A DNA stretch of 64,000 bases from the NCBI GenBank assembly GCA_016190945.1, contig JACPPO010000097.1, positions 258 through 64,257 of the forward strand, written 5' to 3'. The position numbers and the translations under genes were made by a program. Source of the DNA: Acidobacteriota bacterium. Its GTDB lineage: Bacteria; Acidobacteriota; Vicinamibacteria; Vicinamibacterales; UBA2999. Below the pieces are notes generated by a model that saw only the letters and a list, made by a program, of their open reading frames with translations, was not told where the DNA came from and made no database searches. How positions within the stretch are numbered: position 1 is the first letter of the stretch; each line of letters starts with the position of its first letter. This document shows, piece by piece, positions 31,971 to 40,103 of the stretch.

Positions 31971-32702
31971 GTGACGGGACTCGTGACCCTGGTTCGCTCG
32001 ATCGTCACCTACGCCGTCGTGCTCGCCTACATTCTGGTGGCGGGGCCGACGGGGCTCCTGATCGCAGTCGGCTTCCGGTGGAAGTGGGGACTGTACGCGC
32101 TCGGGCACGCGGGCGTGCGGCTTGCCCTGACGCTGGCGGGCATCCGATACCGCGTCGTGGGTCGCGATCGCGTGCCCGCGACCACCGTGGTGTTCTGCTC
32201 GAACCACGCGAGCAACGTCGATCCCCCCGTCCTCTTCCAGGCGCTGCACCCGCAGCTCCACGTGCTCTACAAGGCCGAGCTCCACAGGTTTCCCATCATG
32301 GGCGCGGTATTCGACGTCGGCGGGTTCGTGCCGATCGATCGGGGCGACCGTGACAAGGCCATGGCGTCGATCACCAGGGGTGCGGAGTCGCTGCGCGCCG
32401 GCAACTCGTTTCTGATTTTTCCCGAAGGGACTCGCAGCCGGACCGGACACCTGCTGCCTTTCAAGAAGGGCGGTTTCATCATGGCCATCCAGGCGCAGGT
32501 GCCGATCGTCCCTGTCGCCGTGCAGGGTGGCCGCGCCGCCATGCGGAAGGGCAGCGCCCTCATTCGCCCCGTTCGGGTCAGCGTGCGCCTTGGAACCCCG
32601 ATCCCGACCGCCGGCCTGACGCTGGACGATCGGGACGCGCTGATTGAACGAGTCAGACGACAGGTCGAACTGTTGCTGGAAGAAGGGTCGCTCTGGGAAT
32701 AG
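31971..32702 (+). CDS. plsC: 1-acyl-sn-glycerol-3-phosphate acyltransferase
   Basis: HX4D motif (SNHASNVDPPVL), FPEGTRS and a PIVPV block. The start was moved to in-frame GTG 31971 (or 31983) because the track start at 31923 lies inside the intron-like domain V/VI hairpins. The start is uncertain. Confidence 0.85.
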   Translation: MTGLVTLVRSIVTYAVVLAYILVAGPTGLLIAVGFRWKWGLYALGHAGVRLALTLAGIRYRVVGRDRVPATTVVFCSNHASNVDPPVLFQALHPQLHVLYKAELHRFPIMGAVFDVGGFVPIDRGDRDKAMASITRGAESLRAGNSFLIFPEGTRSRTGHLLPFKKGGFIMAIQAQVPIVPVAVQGGRAAMRKGSALIRPVRVSVRLGTPIPTAGLTLDDRDALIERVRRQVELLLEEGSLWE

Positions 32703-32739
32703 ATCCCATTGCCCTGTCGCTGATTCTCTGAGTCATGCA

Positions 32740-32783
32740 GGGCGGACCTTCAGGTCCGCCCATCGCGGCCGCGGGGATGCCGG
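32740..32783. repeat. Left copy of 44-bp inverted-repeat element (hairpin GGGCGGACC-TTCA-GGTCCGCCC + ATCGCGGCCGCGGGGATGCCGG)
   Basis: Read directly. Its reverse complement matches 33907-33950 at 41 of 44 positions. The hairpin part probably also terminates plsC. Confidence 0.85.
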
Positions 32784-32978
32784 AAACAATCCTCAACATG
32801 GAGCAACTCAAAGATGTGCTCAGCGACCGTCGCATTCAACGCCGATCGGAATGACTGATAATGGGATATTGTCAGACAACTTCGGTGCGCGACCGGGATG
32901 CTTCATGTCCCCCGGCCTCAGAAGAATGACGTGTACGGAATGATGAGCGCTCTCCATGGCATAGGAAGGAGATATTGG

Positions 32979-33716
32979 ATGAAGCTACGGGCGTCGAGCT
33001 GGATAGCTCTCGCTGTTGCAATGGCAGCCTCCGTCATGATCGCAATTCAGCCTCTGCATGCCGAATTGATCGAAATGACGAAAAAGGTGGCGGGAACCAC
33101 GGTTCACTATAAGGTCGTGTTACCGAACGGGTACGATCCGGGGAAGGCGTATCCTGGAGTCCTCGTGCTCGGCGGTGGCCCGCAAACGATGAACACGGTC
33201 GACAACATTCTGATGCGCAGCTTTCGTGCAGAAGCCGAGAAACGCGGGTATATCGTCGTCGCACCCGCCGCTCCGGACGGGCAGCTGTTTTTCGAAGGCG
33301 GCGCGCGCATCTTTCCTGAATTCTTGAAAATGATTTCCGCGGATTATGAGATTCAGGATGGAAAGTTTCATATCGCGGGGCCGTCAAACGGTGGGATCGC
33401 GGCATTCCACGTGGCGGCGGCAAATCCGCAGTACTTCCTCTCCGTTACTGCTTTCCCTGGATACATGTGGGAGCCCACCGCAGCCAAGCTTCAGGCGATC
33501 TCGAAAATGTGCGTGTTTATGTACGTGGGCGAGTTAGACGAGTACATGTGGCACGGTGAAATGAAGAAGGAAGCCGAATTCCTTCGTTCCAAAGGTACCC
33601 TCGCACGTTACACCGTCGAGAGAGGCCAGCCCCACCGCTTGGCCACCCTCGCCGGAGCCAACGCCGCACGCCTGTTCAATGGATTTGAAGACACTCAGAA
33701 GGGATGCAGCCAATAG
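32979..33716 (+). CDS. Secreted alpha/beta-hydrolase (esterase/dienelactone-hydrolase-like)
   Basis: ATG 32979 is preceded by AGGAAGGAG. Signal peptide (WIALAVAMAASVMIAIQPLHA) and nucleophile elbow G-x-S-x-G (GPSNGG). The DNA is visibly AT-richer than all neighbours. Confidence 0.75.
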   Translation: MKLRASSWIALAVAMAASVMIAIQPLHAELIEMTKKVAGTTVHYKVVLPNGYDPGKAYPGVLVLGGGPQTMNTVDNILMRSFRAEAEKRGYIVVAPAAPDGQLFFEGGARIFPEFLKMISADYEIQDGKFHIAGPSNGGIAAFHVAAANPQYFLSVTAFPGYMWEPTAAKLQAISKMCVFMYVGELDEYMWHGEMKKEAEFLRSKGTLARYTVERGQPHRLATLAGANAARLFNGFEDTQKGCSQ

Positions 33717-33906
33717 GGCCGCAAGCGGATGACCCCGATGAACGTAGCCACCCACCGACGTCGGTGAGACGATCCGGTCGAAACTGCGAAAGGCTCACAT
33801 GGCATGCGGCCGTCGGCAGAACTTCCCTCGATAAAGTAGACGCTTCCACTTAACGCTGAGAGGCGTCTGTGGCTCAGAGCCGGCATGCGGAGCCGGCGGC
33901 CGCGGG

Positions 33907-33951
33907 CCGGCATCCCCGCGACCGCGAGGGGCGGACCCGAAGGTCCGCCCC
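33907..33951. repeat. Right copy (inverted) of the 44-bp element; contains 12-bp-stem hairpin 33926-33953 (bidirectional terminator candidate)
   Basis: CCGGCATCCCCGCGACCGCGAGGGGCGGACC-CGAA-GGTCCGCCCC. It lies between the convergent esterase and Ig-like protein genes. Confidence 0.85.
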
Positions 33952-33988
33952 TCCATCAACAATCAACTCGGGATGTGGGATTTCCAGA

Positions 33989-35098
33989 CTAACTGCCGGC
34001 CGAGAAAGTGAGCGTCCAGGGCTTGACAGGCGCCCCGTCGAAGGCCTTGAGCCCTTCCAGCAGCTCGACCCGTATCGCCCGGAACCGATCCAGTGGCTGC
34101 GTGAACTTGATCTCAATGGCGCGCGTCCCGGCATCGTAGGTGTGCAGGAACTCCAGCGAGGCGGGCTGTGGCGCGTCTGGCGGCGCCGGGCCGACGTAGC
34201 TGACGCGAACCTGGCCGGCGATCGTGGCGGGATCGAGTCCGCGTGAAAACTGGATGCGGACCGAGCTCGTCACCGGGACGCCGACTTCCCCCTCGTATGG
34301 TGAAGTGAAGACCACTTCCGCCGGCTCGAGCGGCACAGCGGGAGAAGGGGCTTCCTCCTCCGCCGCCGGCGCCTCCGGGGCCGTGGTCGTGGCAACAGCG
34401 CTGCCCACGATGGTCACGAGGCCGCGATCCTGGGTCACCGTGCCGGTGATCTGCAGCCAACGTCCGGTGTCGACGCGGGCGTCCACCGAGAGGTCAAAGC
34501 CCCGCCCCCGGGGACGCAGATCGGTCACCCAGACGGCGGCATCGGCCGAGCGCAGGACGAAGTCATAGCGGCTCTTTCCGGGTGCGCTGGGGAGATCGCC
34601 AAACAAGTTGCGTCCGCGGAACTGGCCGACGATGGTGACTTTCTGGCCCTCGAACCGCCACGGCTGCAAGGCGAGGCCGCGTACCGACGGCGTTGTAGCA
34701 AACTGCGCCTCAGCGACCCCCGTCACGAGCAGCAGCAGTTCTTCGCCGGGCCGCGGCCATCGCTCCGGATCGCGGACCCCGTCATAGCCGGCGAGTCGGA
34801 GATCTCCGGGCTCGAGCCGCCCCACGTCGAGAAGCTGTCCGCGCACCTCGACGGCCCGCGCGGCCGTCTTTGCGCCGGTCAACAGGACTGTGATGTCACG
34901 CTCGCCCCCGCGCAGCATCACGCGCGCGCCGCTCTCAACAAACTCGCCGTGCAGGAGCACGTTCTGAAGGTGGAAGTAACCGGGGTACTGATGAAGCATC
35001 GCAACCGTCGCCAAGTGACGGATGGCTCCTTGGGACGTGGCGCTCCCGGATGGGGCCAGGAGAAGAAGGATCGCCGCGAGAAGCTGCAGCCGCCTCAC
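33989..35098 (-). CDS. Secreted hypothetical protein with C-terminal bacterial Ig-like domain
   Basis: Signal peptide MRRLQLLAAILLLLAPSGSA and two similar beta-rich modules. After a Pro/Ala/Glu linker, the C-terminal region resembles SbsA-type Ig-like domains (VVFTSPYEGEVGVPVTSSVRIQFSRGLDPATI). Confidence 0.55.
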   Translation of the reverse strand: MRRLQLLAAILLLLAPSGSATSQGAIRHLATVAMLHQYPGYFHLQNVLLHGEFVESGARVMLRGGERDITVLLTGAKTAARAVEVRGQLLDVGRLEPGDLRLAGYDGVRDPERWPRPGEELLLLVTGVAEAQFATTPSVRGLALQPWRFEGQKVTIVGQFRGRNLFGDLPSAPGKSRYDFVLRSADAAVWVTDLRPRGRGFDLSVDARVDTGRWLQITGTVTQDRGLVTIVGSAVATTTAPEAPAAEEEAPSPAVPLEPAEVVFTSPYEGEVGVPVTSSVRIQFSRGLDPATIAGQVRVSYVGPAPPDAPQPASLEFLHTYDAGTRAIEIKFTQPLDRFRAIRVELLEGLKAFDGAPVKPWTLTFSAGS

Positions 35099-35102
35099 AT
35101 CT

Positions 35103-37049
35103 TCATTCTACCGTGCGCATTGCCATGCGGCCCACGATGATCGCCAGCGCGATGAAGAGCGCCGAGCTTGCGAGGTGACCGAGGAGCGTTTCCTCGTGGA
35201 AGAAGGGGAATGCCGTGCCGATTGCCTGCAGCGGCGCAATCGTGCCGGTCCCGACGAGAATCGCAAAGACGATCCCGGCGATCGACCCGCCGGCGATGAG
35301 GCCCGAGCTGAACAGTGTCCCGGCTCCGACGTCGGACTGCTGCGCGGGGCTTTCCTTCCGTTCGACCCACGCGCGGACGAGACCGCCCGCGAAGATGGGC
35401 GCCGTGGTCGCAATCGGCAGGTACAAGCCAACCGCAAACGAGAGCGAATGAATGCCGCTCAGCTCCAGCGTAACGGCGATAAAAATCCCCACCAAGACCA
35501 GTCCCCACGGCAGGTTCTGGTTCAGCAGGCCGGTGATGATCGTCGACATCAACGTTGCCTGGGGCGCCGGCACCGCCTCGGACCCGATGCCGAAGACCTG
35601 GTGCATGTACAGCGTGGTCATGCCGATGATCAGGCCCGAGGTGAGCACGCCGATGATCAGTCCGAGTTGCTGGTACAACGGCGTCGCACCGACGATATAG
35701 CCCGTCTTTAAATCCTGGGACGTCGTCCCCGCGTTTGCCGCCGCGATACACACGATGGCGCCCACCGAGAGCGCGATGGGTGCGTAGAGGTCGCCCGTCC
35801 ACCCGAGGGCGACAAAGAGCACGCAGGTCAGGATGAGTGTCGCGATTGTCATCCCCGAAATCGGGTTCGAGGACGACCCGATGAGACCAGTGATCCTGGA
35901 TGACACGGTGGCAAAGAAGAAGCCGAAAATCAGGATGAGGACGGCGGTAAGCACGTTTCCCTGCGTCGGCAGGCCAGGGCTCGCGAACAGGAAGATCGCC
36001 AGCAGGAGCGAGCCGCCAAGGACGACCCCCATCGGGATGTCGCGCTCCGTGCGGACCCAACCGCTCCCCTCGGGTCCGGTTACCGCGAAACCGCGAAGGC
36101 TTCCGCGCGCCGAAGACACGATGATCGGGATGGTTCGTGCCAGCGTGATGATGCCGGCGGCGAGCACGCCCCCCGCGCCGATGTACCGGATATAGGCGCT
36201 CCACAACTGTCCCGGGTCCATCTCCGAGATGAGGAACGGCCTTCCGGTCGCCGGATTCACCGCGAAATTCGGGTGAATGGGCGGAAACGGCTCCGTGATG
36301 AACGCGCCGAGAATCGACAGCAAGGGAAGCAGGCCCAGCCACGCCAGGACGCCGCCGGCGACCATCGTCCCGGCAATCCGTGGTCCGATAACGTAGCCGA
36401 CGCCAAGGTACTCAGGCGAGATGTCGACCGCCAGCGTCGCGTTGGGAAACTGGCTCGCGCGAGGCATCGCGTAGCCGATTTCGGTTCGAAAGAGATTGAA
36501 GATCCACGAGAGCGCCTTCCACAGCGCCCCGACGCCGAGCCCGCCGAACACGAGTGCGGCGAGCCGGCCGCCCCGCTCGCCCGCGACAAGTACCTCGGCG
36601 CACGCGGTGCCCTCAGGGTAGGGGAGCGTCGCGTGCTCCTTGACGATCAACGCACGGCGCAGCGGCACCATCATGAGGACGCCCAGCACCCCGCCCGCGA
36701 GCGTCAGCATCGTGATCTGCAGGTAATTGAAGTAGTTCGGACCGTAGGGTAGCAGGAAGATCAGTGCCGGGATCGTAAAAACCACACCGCCGGCGACGGA
36801 TTCGCCGGCCGACCCGATCGTCTGGACGATATTGTTTTCGAGGATAGTGGAGCCGCCGAACTTCTTCAGCACCGAGATCGCCAGAACAGCGATTGGAATG
36901 GACGCGCTGACGGTCAGTCCGGCCCTCAGTCCCAGGTAGACGGTGGAGGCGCCGAAGAGCAGGCCGAAGAGGATGCCGAGCACGATCGCTTTGGCGGTGA
37001 ATTCCGCCGGCGATTGCGACGGAGGTACGTACGGGCTCCAGCGAGCCAT
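35103..37049 (-). CDS. OPT-family oligopeptide transporter
   Basis: Polytopic membrane protein with an OPT-type N-terminus (EFTAKAIVLGILFGLLFGASTVYLGLRAGLTVSASIP). The start was set to ATG 37049 (MARW...). The track start 37106 would overlap rex on the opposite strand. Confidence 0.88.
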   Translation of the reverse strand: MARWSPYVPPSQSPAEFTAKAIVLGILFGLLFGASTVYLGLRAGLTVSASIPIAVLAISVLKKFGGSTILENNIVQTIGSAGESVAGGVVFTIPALIFLLPYGPNYFNYLQITMLTLAGGVLGVLMMVPLRRALIVKEHATLPYPEGTACAEVLVAGERGGRLAALVFGGLGVGALWKALSWIFNLFRTEIGYAMPRASQFPNATLAVDISPEYLGVGYVIGPRIAGTMVAGGVLAWLGLLPLLSILGAFITEPFPPIHPNFAVNPATGRPFLISEMDPGQLWSAYIRYIGAGGVLAAGIITLARTIPIIVSSARGSLRGFAVTGPEGSGWVRTERDIPMGVVLGGSLLLAIFLFASPGLPTQGNVLTAVLILIFGFFFATVSSRITGLIGSSSNPISGMTIATLILTCVLFVALGWTGDLYAPIALSVGAIVCIAAANAGTTSQDLKTGYIVGATPLYQQLGLIIGVLTSGLIIGMTTLYMHQVFGIGSEAVPAPQATLMSTIITGLLNQNLPWGLVLVGIFIAVTLELSGIHSLSFAVGLYLPIATTAPIFAGGLVRAWVERKESPAQQSDVGAGTLFSSGLIAGGSIAGIVFAILVGTGTIAPLQAIGTAFPFFHEETLLGHLASSALFIALAIIVGRMAMRTVE

Positions 37050-37057
37050 GGCGCGAG

Positions 37058-37744
37058 ATGGTAGCATTGAACCTTGTGAATCGGTTGAACAAGCGGAAAC
37101 AGGCATCCGATCAGGTTTCCGAGCTCACGATTAACCGCCTCTCCGTGTATCTGCGTTGTCTCAACGAGCTCGACGTCGCCGGAACGCAGACGATTTCTTC
37201 GCAGGCGCTCGCCGAGCAGTTTCGTCTCAACGCCGCGCAGATTCGCAAGGATCTCGCGTGCTTCGGTGAATTCGGCGTCCGCGGCGTCGGTTATTACATC
37301 AAGGAGCTTCGCCGCGATCTCCGTCAGATCCTCGGGCTCGATCGCCACCTGCGCGTGGTCATCATGGGCGCGGGCAACCTCGGGTTGGCGCTGGCCGACT
37401 ACCCGGGCTTTCGGCAGGAAGGCTTCGAAATCGCCGCGCTCTTCGACGCGGCGAATGAGAAGATCGGGCACGAGTCGCGCGGCGGCGTCCCGATCTACGA
37501 CATCAAGGCGCTGAAGCGACTGGCGCGGCGGGAACGGCTCGACATTGCCGTGATCGCGGTGCCGGCGCCCCACGCCCAGCCGGTTGTCGATGTCGTGGTG
37601 GTTGCCGGCATCAAGGCGATCCTCAATTTCTCGCCGGGGGCGCTCAAGGTGCCGGGCGATGTGAAGCTGAAGAGTGTCGACTTGACCGTATCGCTCGAAA
37701 GCCTTTCGTTCTACCTCGCCCGGGGAAAAGAAACGCGTGGCTAA
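37058..37744 (+). CDS. rex: Redox-sensing transcriptional repressor Rex
   Basis: Winged-helix region ([34 protein letters not shown]) and Rossmann NADH site ([14 protein letters not shown]). An alternative in-frame TTG start exists at 37085. Confidence 0.9.
   Translation: MVALNLVNRLNKRKQASDQVSELTINRLSVYLRCLNELDVAGTQTISSQALAEQFRLNAAQIRKDLACFGEFGVRGVGYYIKELRRDLRQILGLDRHLRVVIMGAGNLGLALADYPGFRQEGFEIAALFDAANEKIGHESRGGVPIYDIKALKRLARRERLDIAVIAVPAPHAQPVVDVVVVAGIKAILNFSPGALKVPGDVKLKSVDLTVSLESLSFYLARGKETRG
37074..37092. promoter_or_regulatory. Candidate degenerate Rex operator (TTGTGAA-tcgg-TTGAACAA)
   Basis: The left half-site is a perfect TTGTGAA. The right half matches TTCACAA at about 5 of 7 positions. 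It sits in the OPT/rex head-to-head junction. Confidence 0.25.
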
Positions 37745-38279
37745 GAGGCGACGCGCGAGGGTGCGACGTGCGACGGAGCGGAAGGGGCGATTGGTCGCAC
37801 TATCGCATCGCACGCTCTCGCACGTTGATCGTCAGGGTCGCGTGAAGATGGTGGACGTCGGCGACAAGCCGGTGACGAACCGCGAGGCGGTGGCGCGCGG
37901 CGAGGTCGCAATGAGCGCCGCCGCGTTGAAAGCCATCCGCCGGGGGGCGGTTGCGAAAGGCGACCCGCTGCAGGCGGCGAGGCTCGCCGGTATCATGGCG
38001 GCCAAGCAGACCTCGGCGATGATTCCCTTGTGTCATCCGTTGCCGCTGACCCATGTGAGCGTGGAGCTTGCCCCGACCCGGCGCGGCTACCGGATCGAAG
38101 CCCGCGTGCGGACCGGCGCCCAGACGGGCGTCGAGATGGAGGCGCTCGTGGCCGTATCGGTGGCCGCCCTGACGATCTATGACATGGTCAAGGCGATCGA
38201 CAAGGCAATGGTCATCGGAGACATCTGCCTCGTGGAAAAGCGTGGCGGCAGGTCTGGGACGTTCACGCGCAAGACCTGA
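37737..38279 (+). CDS. moaC: Cyclic pyranopterin monophosphate synthase MoaC
   Basis: [21 protein letters not shown] and [16 protein letters not shown] are MoaC signatures. The GTG 37737 start overlaps the rex stop. The first ~25 codons are built from GTGCGAC/GTCGCAC repeats, so the true start may be later (TTG ~37791). Confidence 0.9.
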   Translation: MAKRRRARVRRATERKGRLVALSHRTLSHVDRQGRVKMVDVGDKPVTNREAVARGEVAMSAAALKAIRRGAVAKGDPLQAARLAGIMAAKQTSAMIPLCHPLPLTHVSVELAPTRRGYRIEARVRTGAQTGVEMEALVAVSVAALTIYDMVKAIDKAMVIGDICLVEKRGGRSGTFTRKT

Positions 38280-38524
38280 TCCGGCCGACGCGCACCCTTC
38301 GACAGGGTAGCGACAAGGGGCCGCCTGCACGCGGGCGCGGTTGGTGAGCTGACGGAGGCCGAGGCCCCGAACCGCCGAGCGCATCTCAAGAGCGCCGCCT
38401 CACTATGTCACCTCCTGCGGATCGGTCCGGACGTGGTCCAGCGGGCGCAAAGGCGGGCGTCCTCGAACGCCTGCGAAATGAGACGGAAGGATAACGGAGG
38501 CCCGGCGGTCCACTCAGGACTCGG

Positions 38525-39433
38525 TCATTGGGCTGTGGGATGTTCCGGCGGCGGTGGCTCGATATGGATGACCACGTCTACCAGATGCGGGAACCGCTTC
38601 ATCAGGAGATCCTTGACGATATGCGACGTGGCGTGCGCTGACGCGAGCGGTGTCCGCCCGTCAAGCCACACGTGAAGATCCATGAACACGTAGTCCGCCG
38701 GGCCGCGCGTCCGGATCTGGTGGCAGCCCAGGACCTGAGGAATGGACCGCACCACGGCTCGCACGTCGTCCTCGGCCATGACGATCTCGTCGGCGAGGAT
38801 CCGTGACGCTTCCTGGGCGATCCCCCAGCACGCCCGGCCGATGAAGGCCGCCACGAAGAACGCGGCGAACGGGTCGAGCAGCGGGTACCCCCACCAGACG
38901 CCGAGCAGCGCGCCCAGCACCGTACCGGACGTCAGCACATCACTGCGCGTGTGTTTCGCATCCGCGCTGAGCACTTCGCTGTTCAGCCGCTTCGCTTCCC
39001 GTTCCTCGTACGCCACGACGAACAGGTTCACGACGAGCGTGATCGTCATGATGCCGATGCCTTCGGGAAACACCTTCGGCGCGCCGCCGTTGACCAGCCG
39101 ATCATAGGCGGCGCCGAGCACCTGCACGAGGACGATGACCAGGAACACCAGGATACCGAGCGAGGCCATCGTCTCGTATTTTCGGTGGCCGTACGGATGG
39201 TTCTGGTCGGGCGGGCGGCGCGCGACCGACACGCCGACGAGCGCGACGACGTTGGAGGCGGCGTCGGTCAGCGAGTGAAAACCGTCGGAAAGGATCGAGA
39301 CCGCCCCGGTGGCATATCCAAGGCCGATCTTGATGACGGCAACCGCGAGGTTGAGAACGAGGACGCGGTAGAGGACGGAAACGACCGCGGAATACCGGTC
39401 CGTCAGAATACGTGTGCGGTCGGTATCGGCCAC
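38525..39433 (-). CDS. Cation diffusion facilitator family transporter
   Basis: CDF TM domain (SILSDGFHSLTDAASNV, HPYGHRKYETMASL) and C-terminal cytoplasmic domain. The start was assigned to GTG 39433. The rest of the 455-aa track ORF is an out-of-frame overlap with lepB. Confidence 0.85.
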   Translation of the reverse strand: MADTDRTRILTDRYSAVVSVLYRVLVLNLAVAVIKIGLGYATGAVSILSDGFHSLTDAASNVVALVGVSVARRPPDQNHPYGHRKYETMASLGILVFLVIVLVQVLGAAYDRLVNGGAPKVFPEGIGIMTITLVVNLFVVAYEEREAKRLNSEVLSADAKHTRSDVLTSGTVLGALLGVWWGYPLLDPFAAFFVAAFIGRACWGIAQEASRILADEIVMAEDDVRAVVRSIPQVLGCHQIRTRGPADYVFMDLHVWLDGRTPLASAHATSHIVKDLLMKRFPHLVDVVIHIEPPPPEHPTAQ

Positions 39434-40062
39434 CAGCGCAGCTGCACCTTGCCGATGATGTATTTCTTCGGCACGAAGCCCCAGTGGCGGCTGTCGGAGC
39501 TGTTGTTCCGGTGGTCGCCCATCACGAAGTAATAGCCTTCCGGAATCACCGAGGGGCCGAAGTCGTCGTGGCTGCGGTACTCGGGCGGCACGAAGTCGTC
39601 CTGCATCGGCACGTCGTTGACGAACACGCGGCCGGCGACGATACGAACCTGGTCGCCTTCCTCCGCAATGACCCGCTTCACGAACGACTTGTCGGGGTTG
39701 AGCGGGTAATAGAGCATCACGATATCGCCGCGCCGTGGCTCGCCCATCCGGTAGGCCAGCTTGTTGACGATGAGGCGGTCCTGGTCCGCCAGCGTCGGTG
39801 CCATGCTCAAGCCCTCGACGCGGGCCACCTGAAAGCCGAACGTGACGATCAGGGTGGCGTAGACCGCAGCCGAGGCCAGCGTCTTGAACCACGCCACGAT
39901 CTCGTCCTTCCAGATATGAAGGCGGTGCATGATGACCGCCCGGCGGTCGTCGATGGCCAGCCGCATGTCAGGCGCTGCGCTGGCCTCCGCCGCCGGGCTT
40001 GCGCCGAAGTCGGGAAGGGAGGAGGCGGATGCCTCCAACGGCTCAGCCGGCGTCGGCAGCAT
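39403..40062 (-). CDS. lepB: Signal peptidase I
   Basis: Catalytic Ser box GLSMAPTL, Lys box (VKRVIAEEGD) and GDHRNNSSDSRHWGFV. ATG 40062 was chosen so it does not overlap the upstream response regulator. The start is uncertain (ATG 40209 or the MRLAID Met are possible). Confidence 0.88.
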   Translation of the reverse strand: MLPTPAEPLEASASSLPDFGASPAAEASAAPDMRLAIDDRRAVIMHRLHIWKDEIVAWFKTLASAAVYATLIVTFGFQVARVEGLSMAPTLADQDRLIVNKLAYRMGEPRRGDIVMLYYPLNPDKSFVKRVIAEEGDQVRIVAGRVFVNDVPMQDDFVPPEYRSHDDFGPSVIPEGYYFVMGDHRNNSSDSRHWGFVPKKYIIGKVQLRWWPIPTAHVF

Positions 40063-40103
40063 GCCCTCGAACGCCTCCGGCGCCCCCTCGGCCCGAGGCT
40101 CGG

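Noticed and set aside
32740-33951. Integron gene cassette with attC sites (class C group II introns also target attC).
   Set aside because: No intI integrase or attI occurs in the window. The 44-bp repeats lack the GTTRRRY core sites and the R''-L''/L'-R' organisation of attC. The observation is kept as a generic inverted-repeat-flanked cassette instead.
38525-39892. 455-aa minus-strand ORF taken at face value as one protein.
   Set aside because: Only the C-terminal ~300 aa are CDF-like. The N-terminal ~150 aa are an alternate frame across lepB (which has SMAPTL and GDHRNNSSDSR motifs in its own frame). The ORF was trimmed to GTG 39433.
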